Origin: an uncultured Clostridia bacterium
Lineage (GTDB): Bacteria > Bacillota > Clostridia > TANB77 > CAG-508
Assembly (NCBI GenBank): GCA_934162625.1
Contig: CAKPJM010000002.1
Coordinates: forward strand, 1-50,877
DNA length: 50,877 nt
Reading direction: 5' to 3'
This document shows positions 32,576 through 42,558 of this stretch, one piece after another (within the stretch, counting starts at the first letter, position 1; the number at the start of each line of letters is the position of its first letter). A program made the translations under genes and the position numbers. Below the pieces are notes generated by a model. It was not told the DNA's origin and searched no databases. It saw only the letters and a list, made by a program, of their open reading frames with translations.

Positions 32576-32819
32576 TTTTAATCACCCGCCTTCAAAGAAA
32601 TTACTCTAATAATGATTTGCTTTGGGCAGACACAGGGCCTGCCCCTACATATATAGCAATTTCTACAATGTCTTCGGTTGCCGAGGGCGGTAACCCTCTA
32701 CAGCATTTGCGACAAATTTGTTTTTTGGCGTATGCAATACGCCCCTACGAATCCAACTTCCAATCTCACACTTCAATAAAACAAATTACAATTTGTTAAA
32801 AATTTTAAGGAGAATAATC

Positions 32820-33467
32820 ATGAACAAGAATGAAATATTAAAAAAAGTAGACCACACAGTTCTTGCTCAAACTACAACATGGGAGCAAGTAAAAAACATA
32901 TGTGATGATGGAATAAAATATAATGTTGCATCTGTTTGTATTCCACCAAGCTATGTAAAAGATGCAAGAAAGTATGTTGGTGATAAATTAAAAATATGCA
33001 CAGTTATAGGATTCCCTAATGGGTATAACACAACAAATGTAAAGATTTATGAAACATTGTCTGCAATAGAAGAAGGTGCAGATGAAATTGATATGGTTAT
33101 AAACATAGGGTGGTTAAAAGATAAAAAATATGGAGATATAGAAAAAGAAATAAAAGCCATAAAAAATGTATGCGGTGAAAAAGTATTAAAAGTAATAATA
33201 GAAACATGCTTATTAACAGATGAGGAAAAAATAGAAATGTGCAAAATTGTAAAAAATGCGGGAGCAAACTATATAAAAACATCAACAGGATTTTCAACAA
33301 GCGGAGCAACATTTGAGGATATACAATTATTTAAAAGAGAATTAGAAGAAACATATGTAAAAATAAAAGCAGCAGGAGGAATAAAATCTTTTGAAGATGC
33401 AGAGAAATTTATAGAGTTTGGTGCAGATAGATTGGGAACAAGTAGATTAGTTAATTTAATGAAATAA
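32820..33467 (+). CDS. deoC: Deoxyribose-phosphate aldolase
   Basis: TVIGFPNG, catalytic Lys region YIKTSTGF, and GADRLGTS. 216 aa. AAGGAGAATAATC RBS. Confidence 0.85.
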   Translation: MNKNEILKKVDHTVLAQTTTWEQVKNICDDGIKYNVASVCIPPSYVKDARKYVGDKLKICTVIGFPNGYNTTNVKIYETLSAIEEGADEIDMVINIGWLKDKKYGDIEKEIKAIKNVCGEKVLKVIIETCLLTDEEKIEMCKIVKNAGANYIKTSTGFSTSGATFEDIQLFKRELEETYVKIKAAGGIKSFEDAEKFIEFGADRLGTSRLVNLMK

Positions 33468-33469
33468 AT

Positions 33470-33512
33470 TAATCAAAATACCCCTTAAGCAAATATGCCT
33501 AAGGGGTATTTT
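33470..33512. terminator. Bidirectional terminator ATCAAAATACCCCTTA-...-TAAGGGGTATTTTGAT
   Basis: 16-bp near-perfect inverted repeat. Confidence 0.75.
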
Positions 33513-33514
33513 GA

Positions 33515-33835
33515 TTAACTAAGCTTTTTTCTGAGCTCAAGAGGAATAACCTCATTGTAGATTTGGTTATATTGACCAAAAAAACAGTTCCAGAGACGTA
33601 CCTGTTCACCATCAGGAAAGTTTTTAGGAAGAACTTCAGCAGAATGCTTACCATTTCCCAAAAAGGTTATAGAATAAGATCCTTCCTGTTCGTTCCCATT
33701 TTCATCTGTGTAGGTAAAAGGCATTGACTTGTAAATGTGTTGCAACTTACCAGTGATTACTGAGTCTGGTAAAACTACTGCTTCCTTTGGAAGAGTTAAG
33801 TCTTTAAATTTAACCATTTTCACAAGAGAATACAT
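33515..33835 (-). CDS. Hypothetical protein (~107 aa)
   Basis: ORF. The start is uncertain (the ATG at 33835 abuts AAAGGA). Confidence 0.4.
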   Translation of the reverse strand: MYSLVKMVKFKDLTLPKEAVVLPDSVITGKLQHIYKSMPFTYTDENGNEQEGSYSITFLGNGKHSAEVLPKNFPDGEQVRLWNCFFGQYNQIYNEVIPLELRKKLS

Positions 33836-34000
33836 CCTTTCTAAAAAATTATACAGACATTTCTGCATGGCAAAAATTATACCACAGAGATATACATAAT
33901 GCAATATTAACGTAAACAATAGAAATAATTCAACATATTTTTAACACATTAGTTGAATAAAATATTGAAATATACTGCAAAATTTGATAAAATAAGACAA

Positions 34001-34102
34001 GAATAGAGTAGAGAATAAATAGTTAAGTGTTACTAAACGGGAAGTTGTTAGTAAACGAAAAGGCTTTTAGCTTTGCTGATTTATTTTCGCATTCCGCTAT
34101 TA
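34001..34102 (+). promoter_or_regulatory. THF (tetrahydrofolate) riboswitch aptamer upstream of folT-folC
   Basis: Matches THF-I hallmarks in order: AATAGAGTAG ... GTTAAGTGT ... ACGGGAAGT ... ACGAA ... CGCATTCCGCTATT (P1 closing). This is the folT 5' leader position. It is followed by hairpin GGAAGCTCC/GGGGGCTTTTTTT overlapping the RBS. Confidence 0.7.
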
Positions 34103-34160
34103 AACAAAGAGTAGTCTTTATTTAACGTGGAAGCTCCAGAATTAAAAGGGGGCTTTTTTT

Positions 34161-35984
34161 ATGAGCAAATTTACAATTACAAAAACAAAAAAATTGATAT
34201 TAGCAGCAATGTTTTTAAGTATACTGCTAGTTCTATCAAGATTTTTATCTATTAAAACTTCGTTTCTAGTAATAAGTTTTAGTTTTATTCCAATGATGCT
34301 ATGTGGAGTGTATTTAGGACCTAAATATAGTTTGGCTGTAGCAGCGTTAGGAGATTTAATAGGAGCACTTATTTTTCCATTCGGTGCATATTTCCCAGGT
34401 TTTACTATAACGGCAGGATTAATGGGATTTATATATGGAATATTTTTATACAAAAATCCAAATAAAGAAATAAAAGATAAAACATTTATTTTTAAACTAA
34501 TATTAAGTAGTTTAATTGTGCAAATAGGAGTAAAAGTTATTATTGAATCTGCATTTTTAAATATTATGTATGGAAAAGCATACATAGCAGTAATATTAAC
34601 AAGAATAACAACACAAGCAATTATGTTACCAATACAAGTAATAACAATTTATTTACTAGAAAAAGCATTAAGACCATTTGCAAAAAAATATATTTATGAG
34701 GAAGAAACCATGAATATAGATGAATATTTAAATACATTTAGCAAATTTACAAAAGATCCTAATTTAGATGCTATGAAATATCTAATGGAAAAGTTTGATA
34801 ATCCGCAAAAAAAATTAAAAATAATTCATGTAGCAGGAACAAATGGAAAAGGCAGTATATGTGAAATGTTAGCAAGTGTTCTTGAAAATACAGAATACAA
34901 AGTAGGAAAATTTATATCTCCACATTTAATAAGATTTAATGACGGAATATATATAAATAACAAAGAAATTACAGATGAAGAAGTAGAAGAAATTTTAATT
35001 CCACTATCAAAAGAAATAACTAATTATAATAAAACACATAAAGTACCAGTAAAATGGTTTGAAGCAATTACATCACTTAGTTTGATATACTTTGCAAAAA
35101 ATAACTGTGATGTTGCAATATTAGAAACAGGCCTTGGAGGAACAACTGATTGTACAAATATTGTGGATTCAATGGTTTCTATTATAGGAAACATTGGATA
35201 TGACCATGTAGATATATTAGGAAACACAATAGAGAAAATTGCAACACATAAAGCAGGAATAATAAAAGAAAATTCAGATACAGTATTTGCTAAGCAAGAA
35301 GAATGCTTAAATAGCATTATAGAAAATACTTGCAAAGAAAAAAATACAACATTACATTTGGTAAATTTAGATGAAATACAAAATTACTCATATACTTTGG
35401 ATTTACAAAAATTTGATTATAAAGAATATAAAGAGGTTGAAATTAATTTGAAAGGAAAAGCTCAAATAAACAATGCAGCAGAGGTATTAGAATGTATTGA
35501 TATTTTAAAAAGCAAAGGATATAAAATCTCTAAAGAGGCTATTTACAATGGACTAAAAAATGTTGTGCATAAAGCAAGACTAGAAATTTTAAGTCAAAAT
35601 CCAGTAATTATATTTGATGGAGGGCACAATGAAAATGCTATAAATAATTTAAGACAAAATGTTGAACAATACTTTTCACAAAGTAAAAAAGTATATATTA
35701 TTTCACTTTTAAAAACAAAAGATTATAAAACAATAATTAAAAATGTATGTAAAGAAAAAGATTCAATATTTATATTTACAAGTGGAAATGACAAAAAAAG
35801 ATATGTATCAAAAGAAAAGTTATATAAAGAAGCAAAGAAATATTTAAATGATATAAATATGTATAAATATGAATTAAAAGATGCAATTAACATTTGTAAA
35901 AAGGCATATAGTGACAGAGTAATTTTAATAGTTGGAAGCTTTTATGTGTATAAAACTGTATGTGAGGTATTAAAAAATGATTAA
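34161..35984 (+). CDS. folC: In-frame fusion: ECF-transporter folate S-component (FolT-like, ~175 aa, 5-6 TM) plus folylpolyglutamate synthase/dihydrofolate synthase (FolC, Mur-ligase family)
   Basis: The N-terminus is hydrophobic and ECF-S-like. From ~34710, MNIDEYL...IHVAGTNGKGS (Mur ligase P-loop) and DGGHNE. There is an internal GAGGAAGAAACC-ATG at ~34708 and no stop codon between the two parts. Confidence 0.75.
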   Translation: MSKFTITKTKKLILAAMFLSILLVLSRFLSIKTSFLVISFSFIPMMLCGVYLGPKYSLAVAALGDLIGALIFPFGAYFPGFTITAGLMGFIYGIFLYKNPNKEIKDKTFIFKLILSSLIVQIGVKVIIESAFLNIMYGKAYIAVILTRITTQAIMLPIQVITIYLLEKALRPFAKKYIYEEETMNIDEYLNTFSKFTKDPNLDAMKYLMEKFDNPQKKLKIIHVAGTNGKGSICEMLASVLENTEYKVGKFISPHLIRFNDGIYINNKEITDEEVEEILIPLSKEITNYNKTHKVPVKWFEAITSLSLIYFAKNNCDVAILETGLGGTTDCTNIVDSMVSIIGNIGYDHVDILGNTIEKIATHKAGIIKENSDTVFAKQEECLNSIIENTCKEKNTTLHLVNLDEIQNYSYTLDLQKFDYKEYKEVEINLKGKAQINNAAEVLECIDILKSKGYKISKEAIYNGLKNVVHKARLEILSQNPVIIFDGGHNENAINNLRQNVEQYFSQSKKVYIISLLKTKDYKTIIKNVCKEKDSIFIFTSGNDKKRYVSKEKLYKEAKKYLNDINMYKYELKDAINICKKAYSDRVILIVGSFYVYKTVCEVLKND

Positions 35985-36793
35985 ACTAGAAAATGTTAAT
36001 TTTAAATATAAAAATGGTAAAGAAGTATTAAAAAACATCAATTTAGAAATACAAGAAGGCGAATTCATAGCAGTAATTGGCAAAAATGGTTCACGGAAAA
36101 TCAACATTGTCTAAATTAATAGCGGGCTTGTTAAAACCAAAGTCTGGAAAAATAACTGTTGATAATATAAATACAGCAAATAAAAAAGAATTCTATAATT
36201 TAAGAAAAAAAATAGGAATGGTATTTCAAAATCCAGAAAACCAAATAATATTTAACAATGTATATGATGATATTTCATTTGCTTTAAAAAATCTAGAATT
36301 AGATAATGCAGAAATTAGAATAAAAACATCATTAGAAAAATTAAAAATGGATAAATATTTAAAAAGTCCAACATATGAACTATCTTTGGGACAAAAGCAA
36401 AGAGTTACTATTGCAGGAGTTTTAGCAGTAAATCCTAAATATATAATTTTTGATGAACCTACTACAATGCTAGACTCAGAAGGAAAAGAAGATGTTTACG
36501 AAATAGTAAAAACATTAAAAAAACAGGGATACACAATAATTTATGTAACAAATGTAATGGATGAAATTTTAATAGCAGATAGAGTAATAGTTTTAGAAAA
36601 AGGCGAAATTATAAAAGAATTTAATAAAGAGGAAGTATTAGAAAATATAGAATTCTTGGAAGAACACGAAATAAAAATACCAAGTCTTGCTAAAATGTTA
36701 TATGAATTTAGAAAAAATGGAATAGAAATAAAATTAGAAGAGTGGACAAAAGAAGAATTAACTAACAAAATAATAGAGGTAGCTAAAAAATGA
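35977..36793 (+). CDS. ecfA: ECF transporter ATPase (EcfA/CbiO-type ABC), with Walker A interrupted by a C insertion at 36094
   Basis: Upstream frame MIKLENVNFKYKNGKEVLKNINLEIQEGEFIAVIGKNGS then R K I N I V stop. Removing the C from TCA-C-GGA gives GKNGSGKSTLSKLIAGL, continuous with ORF 36077..36793 (LSLGQKQRV, IIFDEPTTMLD). Confidence 0.75.
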
Positions 36794-37377
36794 AGTTAAA
36801 ACACATAATTAATATAATTAAATTTGTATTTTTTCTAACATATGTAATTTTAATATTTTTTGTAAAAAGTAATATAGCATTAATTGGAGCGCTAGCAATA
36901 GATATTATCTTAATAATTGCATATAAAATTAATTTAAAAAGTTTAATAGATAATCTAATAAAAATATCTATATTTGTATTAATAACAGCAATAATAAATG
37001 CTTTTGTTGTTGATATAAATTATGCTGTAATAATTGGAATTAAATTAATTTTGGTGTGTATTATGACATATGTATTTTCAAAAATGCTTTCATATATGGA
37101 ATTTGCTACAGTTATAGAGGACTTAGCATATCCATTAAAGCTGCTAGGAGTAAATCCAAAGGATTTAGGATTATTAATTACAATAGCAATTAGCTTTATT
37201 CCAATATTAAGAGAAGAACTAGAAAAAATAAAATATGTTTTACTTGCAAAAGGATTTAAAGTAAATACAATAAATATAATAAAAAATATGAATATAGTGT
37301 TTAAACCGTTATTTGTATCGATAATGGAAAGAATAAACGAAATAGAATATTCATTAAGAGCAAAAGGATATCAATAA
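36790..37377 (+). CDS. ecfT: ECF transporter transmembrane T component (EcfT/CbiQ-like, short form)
   Basis: The start overlaps the ecfA stop (ATGA). Multi-TM protein with a C-terminal coupling-helix SLRAKGY (A-R-G-like) motif. Confidence 0.65.
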   Translation: MKLKHIINIIKFVFFLTYVILIFFVKSNIALIGALAIDIILIIAYKINLKSLIDNLIKISIFVLITAIINAFVVDINYAVIIGIKLILVCIMTYVFSKMLSYMEFATVIEDLAYPLKLLGVNPKDLGLLITIAISFIPILREELEKIKYVLLAKGFKVNTINIIKNMNIVFKPLFVSIMERINEIEYSLRAKGYQ

Positions 37378-37577
37378 TTTCAGAATAGAAAGAATCTATA
37401 ATAAAATAACTTTATACTTTTATTTTGAAATTTATTTTCTTTATATTCTATGTTATAATATCAACGAAAAAATAAACATAAATTAAAAATATTACTATGC
37501 AAATATATTATACAAAATTTTATAAAGAAAGGAGTGTATAATTAAGACATTTTCTATGTTTTATTATACGAAGAAAA

Positions 37578-38834
37578 ATGAAAGAGTCAATAAAAAATAT
37601 AGTAGAATCGTTAATAACAATTGTGGTTGTTCTTTTAATAATTATTGGATATGCAAAATATGCAGAAAATCAGAGAAGAGATAATCTGAAAAAAAGTAAT
37701 GTAATACTTGGCACAGAGGATTATACTAGCAATATGGTAGATTCAAGTTATAATAAAAGTAATAATTTAAAAGTACAAAGCCGATATGGAAGCGTAACTC
37801 CCCAAAAAAATATATTGATACTAATTTTATGTGCCTCATTTGTAATGTTTATAATATCATATGGAATTAATAAACAAATGAAAACAAAAGAATATAGAAG
37901 AGAAACAGAAGGCCTGCTTTCCCCAATCTTGGCAGAAGCTGTTATTGACAGAAAAATAGGGTTAAAAGAATTGATAATGACTTCAATAATTCAATTAAGT
38001 ATAAAGGGAAATATTAAGATTATAAATAATCAAACAATTGAACTGATTTCAAAAGAAAATTTGGAAGAATATGAAAAAGGCGTTATAGAATTATTATTTA
38101 AAAACAGTGATAGAATAGAATTTAAAGATGTAAACGCTATTTTTACTTCTTCAAATAGAGAAACACTAAACTTTACCAAGAAGTTGAGTGAAATTAAAGA
38201 AGCTATATCAAATAAAATAATCTCTTTGAAAATTTTTTCAAAAAATATAACAATAGTAAACCAAATTATAGGACTATTTGCTACTTTAATTTGCATAAAT
38301 TTACCACAAATATTTTTAAATATGGAATACATTAAAGAAATTAAATTTATATTTTGGACTCTTAGTGCTTTAATTATTTGGTGGTATATAAAAAAGAATA
38401 TAAATAATACAACCTTAAAAGAAGAAATAGTAAAAAAATATAAAAGAAACGAAAAGAAAGGAAGTAATTCAGCAATTTTAGAAAAAATGGCAATATTAGT
38501 AATGGTTATAATTAATATAGCAAAATGCAATATGGAATTTAAAATAATAACATTGCTTATATTGTTGTTAAATATATATGTAATACACAAAAGTAAAAAA
38601 AATATTTTAACAGAAAAAGGAAAAAAAGAGCAATTAGAATTAATAAAGTTAAAAAACTATATAACAGAATACAGCTTAATGAAAGATAGAGATCTAAATT
38701 CAGTTATTATTTGGGATGAGTACCTGGCTTATGCAACAGCATTTGGAATACCAAGCAAAATTACAAATTCTATATATGAAGGATGGTATAATATGAATCT
38801 AGACTTGCAAATAATAGATTTAATATTGAGGTAA
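37578..38834 (+). CDS. DUF2207-like predicted membrane protein
   Basis: Several TM helices. C-terminal segment ...IIWDEYLAYATAFGIPSKI typical of the DUF2207 C-terminus. Confidence 0.5.
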   Translation: MKESIKNIVESLITIVVVLLIIIGYAKYAENQRRDNLKKSNVILGTEDYTSNMVDSSYNKSNNLKVQSRYGSVTPQKNILILILCASFVMFIISYGINKQMKTKEYRRETEGLLSPILAEAVIDRKIGLKELIMTSIIQLSIKGNIKIINNQTIELISKENLEEYEKGVIELLFKNSDRIEFKDVNAIFTSSNRETLNFTKKLSEIKEAISNKIISLKIFSKNITIVNQIIGLFATLICINLPQIFLNMEYIKEIKFIFWTLSALIIWWYIKKNINNTTLKEEIVKKYKRNEKKGSNSAILEKMAILVMVIINIAKCNMEFKIITLLILLLNIYVIHKSKKNILTEKGKKEQLELIKLKNYITEYSLMKDRDLNSVIIWDEYLAYATAFGIPSKITNSIYEGWYNMNLDLQIIDLILR

Positions 38835-38922
38835 TAATTAACGTTCAGATATAATTTTGAGTAATATTGAGTAGGAGAATAGTTGATTTGTTTTATACAA
38901 GCAAAAATAAGAGGTAATTAAA

Positions 38923-39477
38923 ATGGGAATAATTGAACTAATACTATTAAGCATAGGTCTCGCAATGGATGCTTTTGCAGTATCTATTTGCAAGGGGATT
39001 TCTATGAAAAGAATGAATTGGAGAAAAGCATTAATAATAGGAATGTACTTTGGAGGATTCCAAGCATTAATGCCAGTTATAGGATATTTTTTAGGAACGG
39101 CTTTTGAATCAATAATAACTAATATAGATCATTGGGTAGCATTTATACTATTAGGAATTATTGGTGGAAATATGATAAAAGAAGCTTTTGAAGATGAAAG
39201 TGAAAACTGCAATGATGATGTGGGATTTAAAACTATGATAATGCTAGCAATAGCTACAAGTATAGATGCTTTAGCAGTTGGAATTACATTTGCATTTTTA
39301 AAAGTAAATTTAATTGCAGCAATAAGTATGATAGGAGTAATTACATTTGTGCTATCAATTATAGGAACTAAAATAGGAAATAGATTTGGCGACAAATACG
39401 AGAGTAAAGCGGAATTAGTTGGAGGAGTAATTTTAGTTTTATTGGGAATAAAAATTTTACTCGAACATTTACTTTAA
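38923..39477 (+). CDS. mntP: Manganese efflux pump MntP
   Basis: [10 protein letters not shown] and [10 protein letters not shown] duplicated motifs, 6 TM, 184 aa. Confidence 0.85.
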   Translation: MGIIELILLSIGLAMDAFAVSICKGISMKRMNWRKALIIGMYFGGFQALMPVIGYFLGTAFESIITNIDHWVAFILLGIIGGNMIKEAFEDESENCNDDVGFKTMIMLAIATSIDALAVGITFAFLKVNLIAAISMIGVITFVLSIIGTKIGNRFGDKYESKAELVGGVILVLLGIKILLEHLL

Positions 39478-39494
39478 ATGAAATAGGAGAAAAA

Positions 39495-39806
39495 ATGTAT
39501 TATACATATATGTTAAGATGTCTAGATAATTCACTATATACAGGAATGACAAATAATTTAGAAAAAAGAATAAACGAGCATGTGTTAAAGGGAAAAAATG
39601 GAGCAAAGTATACAAAATCACATAATGTAATTAGATTAGAAGCGGCTTGGAAAAGTAAGGATAAGTCATTAGCTTGCAAACTAGAATACCAAATTAAAAA
39701 TCTTACAAAAGTACAAAAGGAAAATTTAATAAATGGTGAAAAATTATCAACATATTTAAGCGGAAAAGTGGATTGTAGGAGGTACAAAAAGATAAATTGT
39801 GGATAA
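39495..39806 (+). CDS. GIY-YIG nuclease-superfamily small protein (UPF0213/YhbQ-like)
   Basis: YTYMLRC..SLYTGMTNNLEKRINEH. 103 aa. Confidence 0.75.
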   Translation: MYYTYMLRCLDNSLYTGMTNNLEKRINEHVLKGKNGAKYTKSHNVIRLEAAWKSKDKSLACKLEYQIKNLTKVQKENLINGEKLSTYLSGKVDCRRYKKINCG

Positions 39807-40071
39807 ATTGCCATGCTAAAATTCCTCATCCCTTTTGGCACTTTTGGCAAAACTACATTAGTAAAATATAGAGCAATTTTATTGAAAGTTGTTCTATATT
39901 TTTATATAATAATCAAAAAAACAACAATTTATTTTAGATTACTAGAAGATAGATTTAAAATGGCACAAAATCAATCATGGTGCGAATGTGTAACGGATGT
40001 ATTAATAATTAAACAAATTATAATATGATATACAGTAAAAGTTGAGTACAAAAACAGATTTAAGGAGTTTT

Positions 40072-40500
40072 ATGGAAGAAAAAATTACATGGGATTTAAT
40101 TGATAAAATAATAGAGGATATCGCAAACAAAATAAATTCAAGCAACTTTAATATAGAATATATTGCACCTATTCCTAAGGGCGGATGGACTGTTGCGGCC
40201 TTACTTGCACAGCGCTTAAATGTAAAAAAATCAATATCATTAGCACAAGAAAAATCACCTGATGGAGTAAAGACATTTATTGCAAATAAATTAAATTATG
40301 AGAATAAGAATGTTTTAATAGTTGAAGATTCTATTGAAACTGGGAGAGGTCTATTTGGAGCAAAGTCTGAATTAGCTAAAAGAGGTGCTAATGTAAAAAC
40401 TATGGCATTATGGGTAATCCCATCTTTTAATGGAAATCTACCAGATTATTATTTTAATATAGGAAACATACCAGAATTTCCATGGGAAATAAAGTATTAA
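40072..40500 (+). CDS. Small type-I phosphoribosyltransferase-domain protein (142 aa)
   Basis: PRPP-binding motif VLIVEDSIETGRGL. AAGGAG RBS 6 nt before the ATG. Confidence 0.6.
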   Translation: MEEKITWDLIDKIIEDIANKINSSNFNIEYIAPIPKGGWTVAALLAQRLNVKKSISLAQEKSPDGVKTFIANKLNYENKNVLIVEDSIETGRGLFGAKSELAKRGANVKTMALWVIPSFNGNLPDYYFNIGNIPEFPWEIKY

Positions 40501-40633
40501 TGATAACTGAAAAATTAATAAATAAATTGAATGATGAAGTAAACGAAGGAGTGGTTGCTCTCGTTTTTATGCTAAGAGATGCCAAGAGGGACGACAAGCT
40601 GTCCCTTTAGGCATTAAATAGTTTTGAAAAAAG

Positions 40634-40662
40634 TTTACATAAGCTAAAAAATGTGGTATAAT
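40634..40662 (+). promoter_or_regulatory. Promoter for the flotillin gene (TTTACA, 17 bp, extended -10 TGTGGTATAAT)
   Basis: Spacing and hexamers are near consensus. Preceded by hairpin AGGGACGACAAGCTGTCCCT. Confidence 0.55.
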
Positions 40663-40746
40663 CTGAAAGTAGAGTTTTATTCTGTACAACAAAAGAATAA
40701 TGTGGTGGAAAATATTGATTTAAATCAAAGGGAGATGCTTATTATT

Positions 40747-42471
40747 ATGATGCAGACGATTTTATCCATTATTATTCCTATAGTGATTGCAATTGTCGTA
40801 TTGGTTGCAGTTATTTTGCTTGCAAAGTCCATGTATCGCATTGCAGACGTTGACAAAGCTCTTATCATTACTGGTGGTAAGAAACCTAAGGTTATTATTT
40901 CTGGTGGTGCTTTCGTGATTCCGATTATTCGGAAAGCGGATTTTTTCGATCTCTGTATGCTTACAGTACCTGCCGATGAAGATGAGATTATGACAAAAAC
41001 AGCAGTTCCGATTATTGTTGATTGGACAGCTCAGATTCGTCCTGACAGGAGAGACCAGGCTCAGCTTGAAACTGCCATTATCTCATTCAAAGAAAGAGGT
41101 AAGAAAGGTATTATCGACGATGTTCGACTTACTCTTATGGGTGCTGTTCGCGACGTTGTTGCAAGCATGACACCTGAGGAAGTTCTTGCTGACAAAGAAG
41201 TATTTAAGAAAAATGTTCAGGTGTCGGTTGAGGATGAGATGAACAAGATGGGACTTGAGCTCGTTTCGCTTAACATTCAGGATATTACCGATCGCAATGG
41301 TTATTTTGATAACATTGCATTTCTCGATAAATCCGAGAAGCAGAAAGCTGCTGATATCAAGGCTGCTGAGACCGATCGTATCACTCGTGAACGTAAGGCT
41401 TCGGAAAGTCTTTCAGCAGAAAAAGCTGAAGCAGAAGCAAAACGTGAGGCTGAAATCGCTCGAATGGATGCTGAACAAGCTGAAAAGGAAAAACGAAAGG
41501 AAACTGACATGAAAATTGCTCAGTTCCGTATTGAGACAGACACTGCCCAAGCTAATGCTGAAGTTGCAAAGGAACTTCAGGCAACTGTAAGACAGAAAGA
41601 AGTTGAAGAACAGCGTGGTGCTGTTGAGATTATGAAGCAGGAGCAAATGAATCTCGCAGCACAGAAGGAAAGAGAAGTTAAGATTACTCGTGCAGAATCT
41701 GAAAAGGCTACTATGCTCATTAATGCAGAAGCTGAGGCTAATGTTAAGTCTATTGAGGCTGATAATGAAATTCAGGTAGCTGAGCGTAAGGCTAATGCTA
41801 AGCGCAAGGAGGCAGAAGGTAATGCAGACGTTCAGAAAACAGAGGCAACAGCACGTGTTGCTGTTGCTGAAAAGGATGCAAATGCAGTAAAATTGGAAGC
41901 AGAAGCTGCTGCGGCCAAGACTCGTGCAGAAGGTACTGCTGCGGCAGATGTTGTTAAGGCCAAGCAGGTAGCTGAAGCAGAAGGTCATAAGGCCAAACTT
42001 CTGGCTGAAGCAGAAGGTACGAAAGCTCAGCAGCTTGCTGAAGCAGAAGGTATCAAAGCTAAAAAGCTTGCTGAAGCAGAAGGTGAACGCGCACTTGCTG
42101 AAGCGCGAGCTGCTAATGAGAAGGTCAACTTTGAAATTGAAAAGTTGAAAATTCAGACTGATGCGCAGATTAAGATTGCCACCAGCACGGCAGAAATTAT
42201 GGCCGATATCGGTCAGAATGCTGAGTTCGTCAATATTGGTGGCGGAAATCTTCCTAGCCTTAATGGTAACGGAGGAACTGGTAATGTTCTTATTGACACT
42301 ATCATGTCCATTCCTGGAATCATGAAAGTGCTCAATGTTGAAAATCAGGCTCTTAACGGACAGTCAATGACTGACGAAATCAAGGGATTGTCTGATGCAA
42401 CTTTGAGTGGCCTTGGCGCTTTGGGAAAATCTTCAGAAGAAACATCCGTATCTGAAAAAAATAAAAACTAA
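40747..42471 (+). CDS. Flotillin (SPFH/band-7 family, FloT/YuaG-like) with a C-terminal Ala/Glu-rich coiled-coil repeat region
   Basis: N-terminal TM helix, SPFH domain, EA repeats AEAEG(T/I/E)KA. GC content is conspicuously higher than in flanking genes. Confidence 0.8.
   Translation: MMQTILSIIIPIVIAIVVLVAVILLAKSMYRIADVDKALIITGGKKPKVIISGGAFVIPIIRKADFFDLCMLTVPADEDEIMTKTAVPIIVDWTAQIRPDRRDQAQLETAIISFKERGKKGIIDDVRLTLMGAVRDVVASMTPEEVLADKEVFKKNVQVSVEDEMNKMGLELVSLNIQDITDRNGYFDNIAFLDKSEKQKAADIKAAETDRITRERKASESLSAEKAEAEAKREAEIARMDAEQAEKEKRKETDMKIAQFRIETDTAQANAEVAKELQATVRQKEVEEQRGAVEIMKQEQMNLAAQKEREVKITRAESEKATMLINAEAEANVKSIEADNEIQVAERKANAKRKEAEGNADVQKTEATARVAVAEKDANAVKLEAEAAAAKTRAEGTAAADVVKAKQVAEAEGHKAKLLAEAEGTKAQQLAEAEGIKAKKLAEAEGERALAEARAANEKVNFEIEKLKIQTDAQIKIATSTAEIMADIGQNAEFVNIGGGNLPSLNGNGGTGNVLIDTIMSIPGIMKVLNVENQALNGQSMTDEIKGLSDATLSGLGALGKSSEETSVSEKNKN
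41966..42110 (+). repeat. Four tandem 33-bp in-frame repeats (GCTGAAGCAGAAGGTnnnAAAGCTnnnnAGCTT) encoding LAEAEGxKAxxL
   Basis: Direct tandem repeats inside the flotillin coiled-coil region. Confidence 0.7.
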
Positions 42472-42520
42472 ATTCACAGTATAAACTCTTAAGTTAGTTA
42501 CTAATCCACTACATTCTTTT

Positions 42521-42558
42521 GGGAGGGTACCATCAATATGGGTATCCTCTTTTTTTTA
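42521..42558 (+). terminator. Rho-independent terminator after the flotillin gene (GGGAGGGTACC...GGGTATCCTC followed by T8)
   Basis: GC-rich hairpin followed by an 8-T run. Confidence 0.6.

Noticed and set aside
32557-32799. 80-aa ORF (MQIVGEILITRL...)
   Set aside because: It covers the GC-rich hairpin/repeat region upstream of deoC and has no RBS. It is better explained as a structured noncoding leader.
37330-37500. Possible C-terminal extension of EcfT in the +1 frame (…ERIYNKITLYFYFEIYFLY…)
   Set aside because: It is an open frame of ~38 codons, but the composition is what random AT-rich DNA encodes. There is no C-before-GG signature and no convincing conserved EcfT tail motif, so it is not called.
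40921-40935. In-frame CGG codon in flotillin (ATT CGG AAA) as a further +1 site
   Set aside because: The +1 frame terminates after ~21 codons, whereas the zero frame continues for >500 conserved residues. So it is a genuine Arg codon, which also weakens the programmed-frameshift reading of the C-GGN sites.
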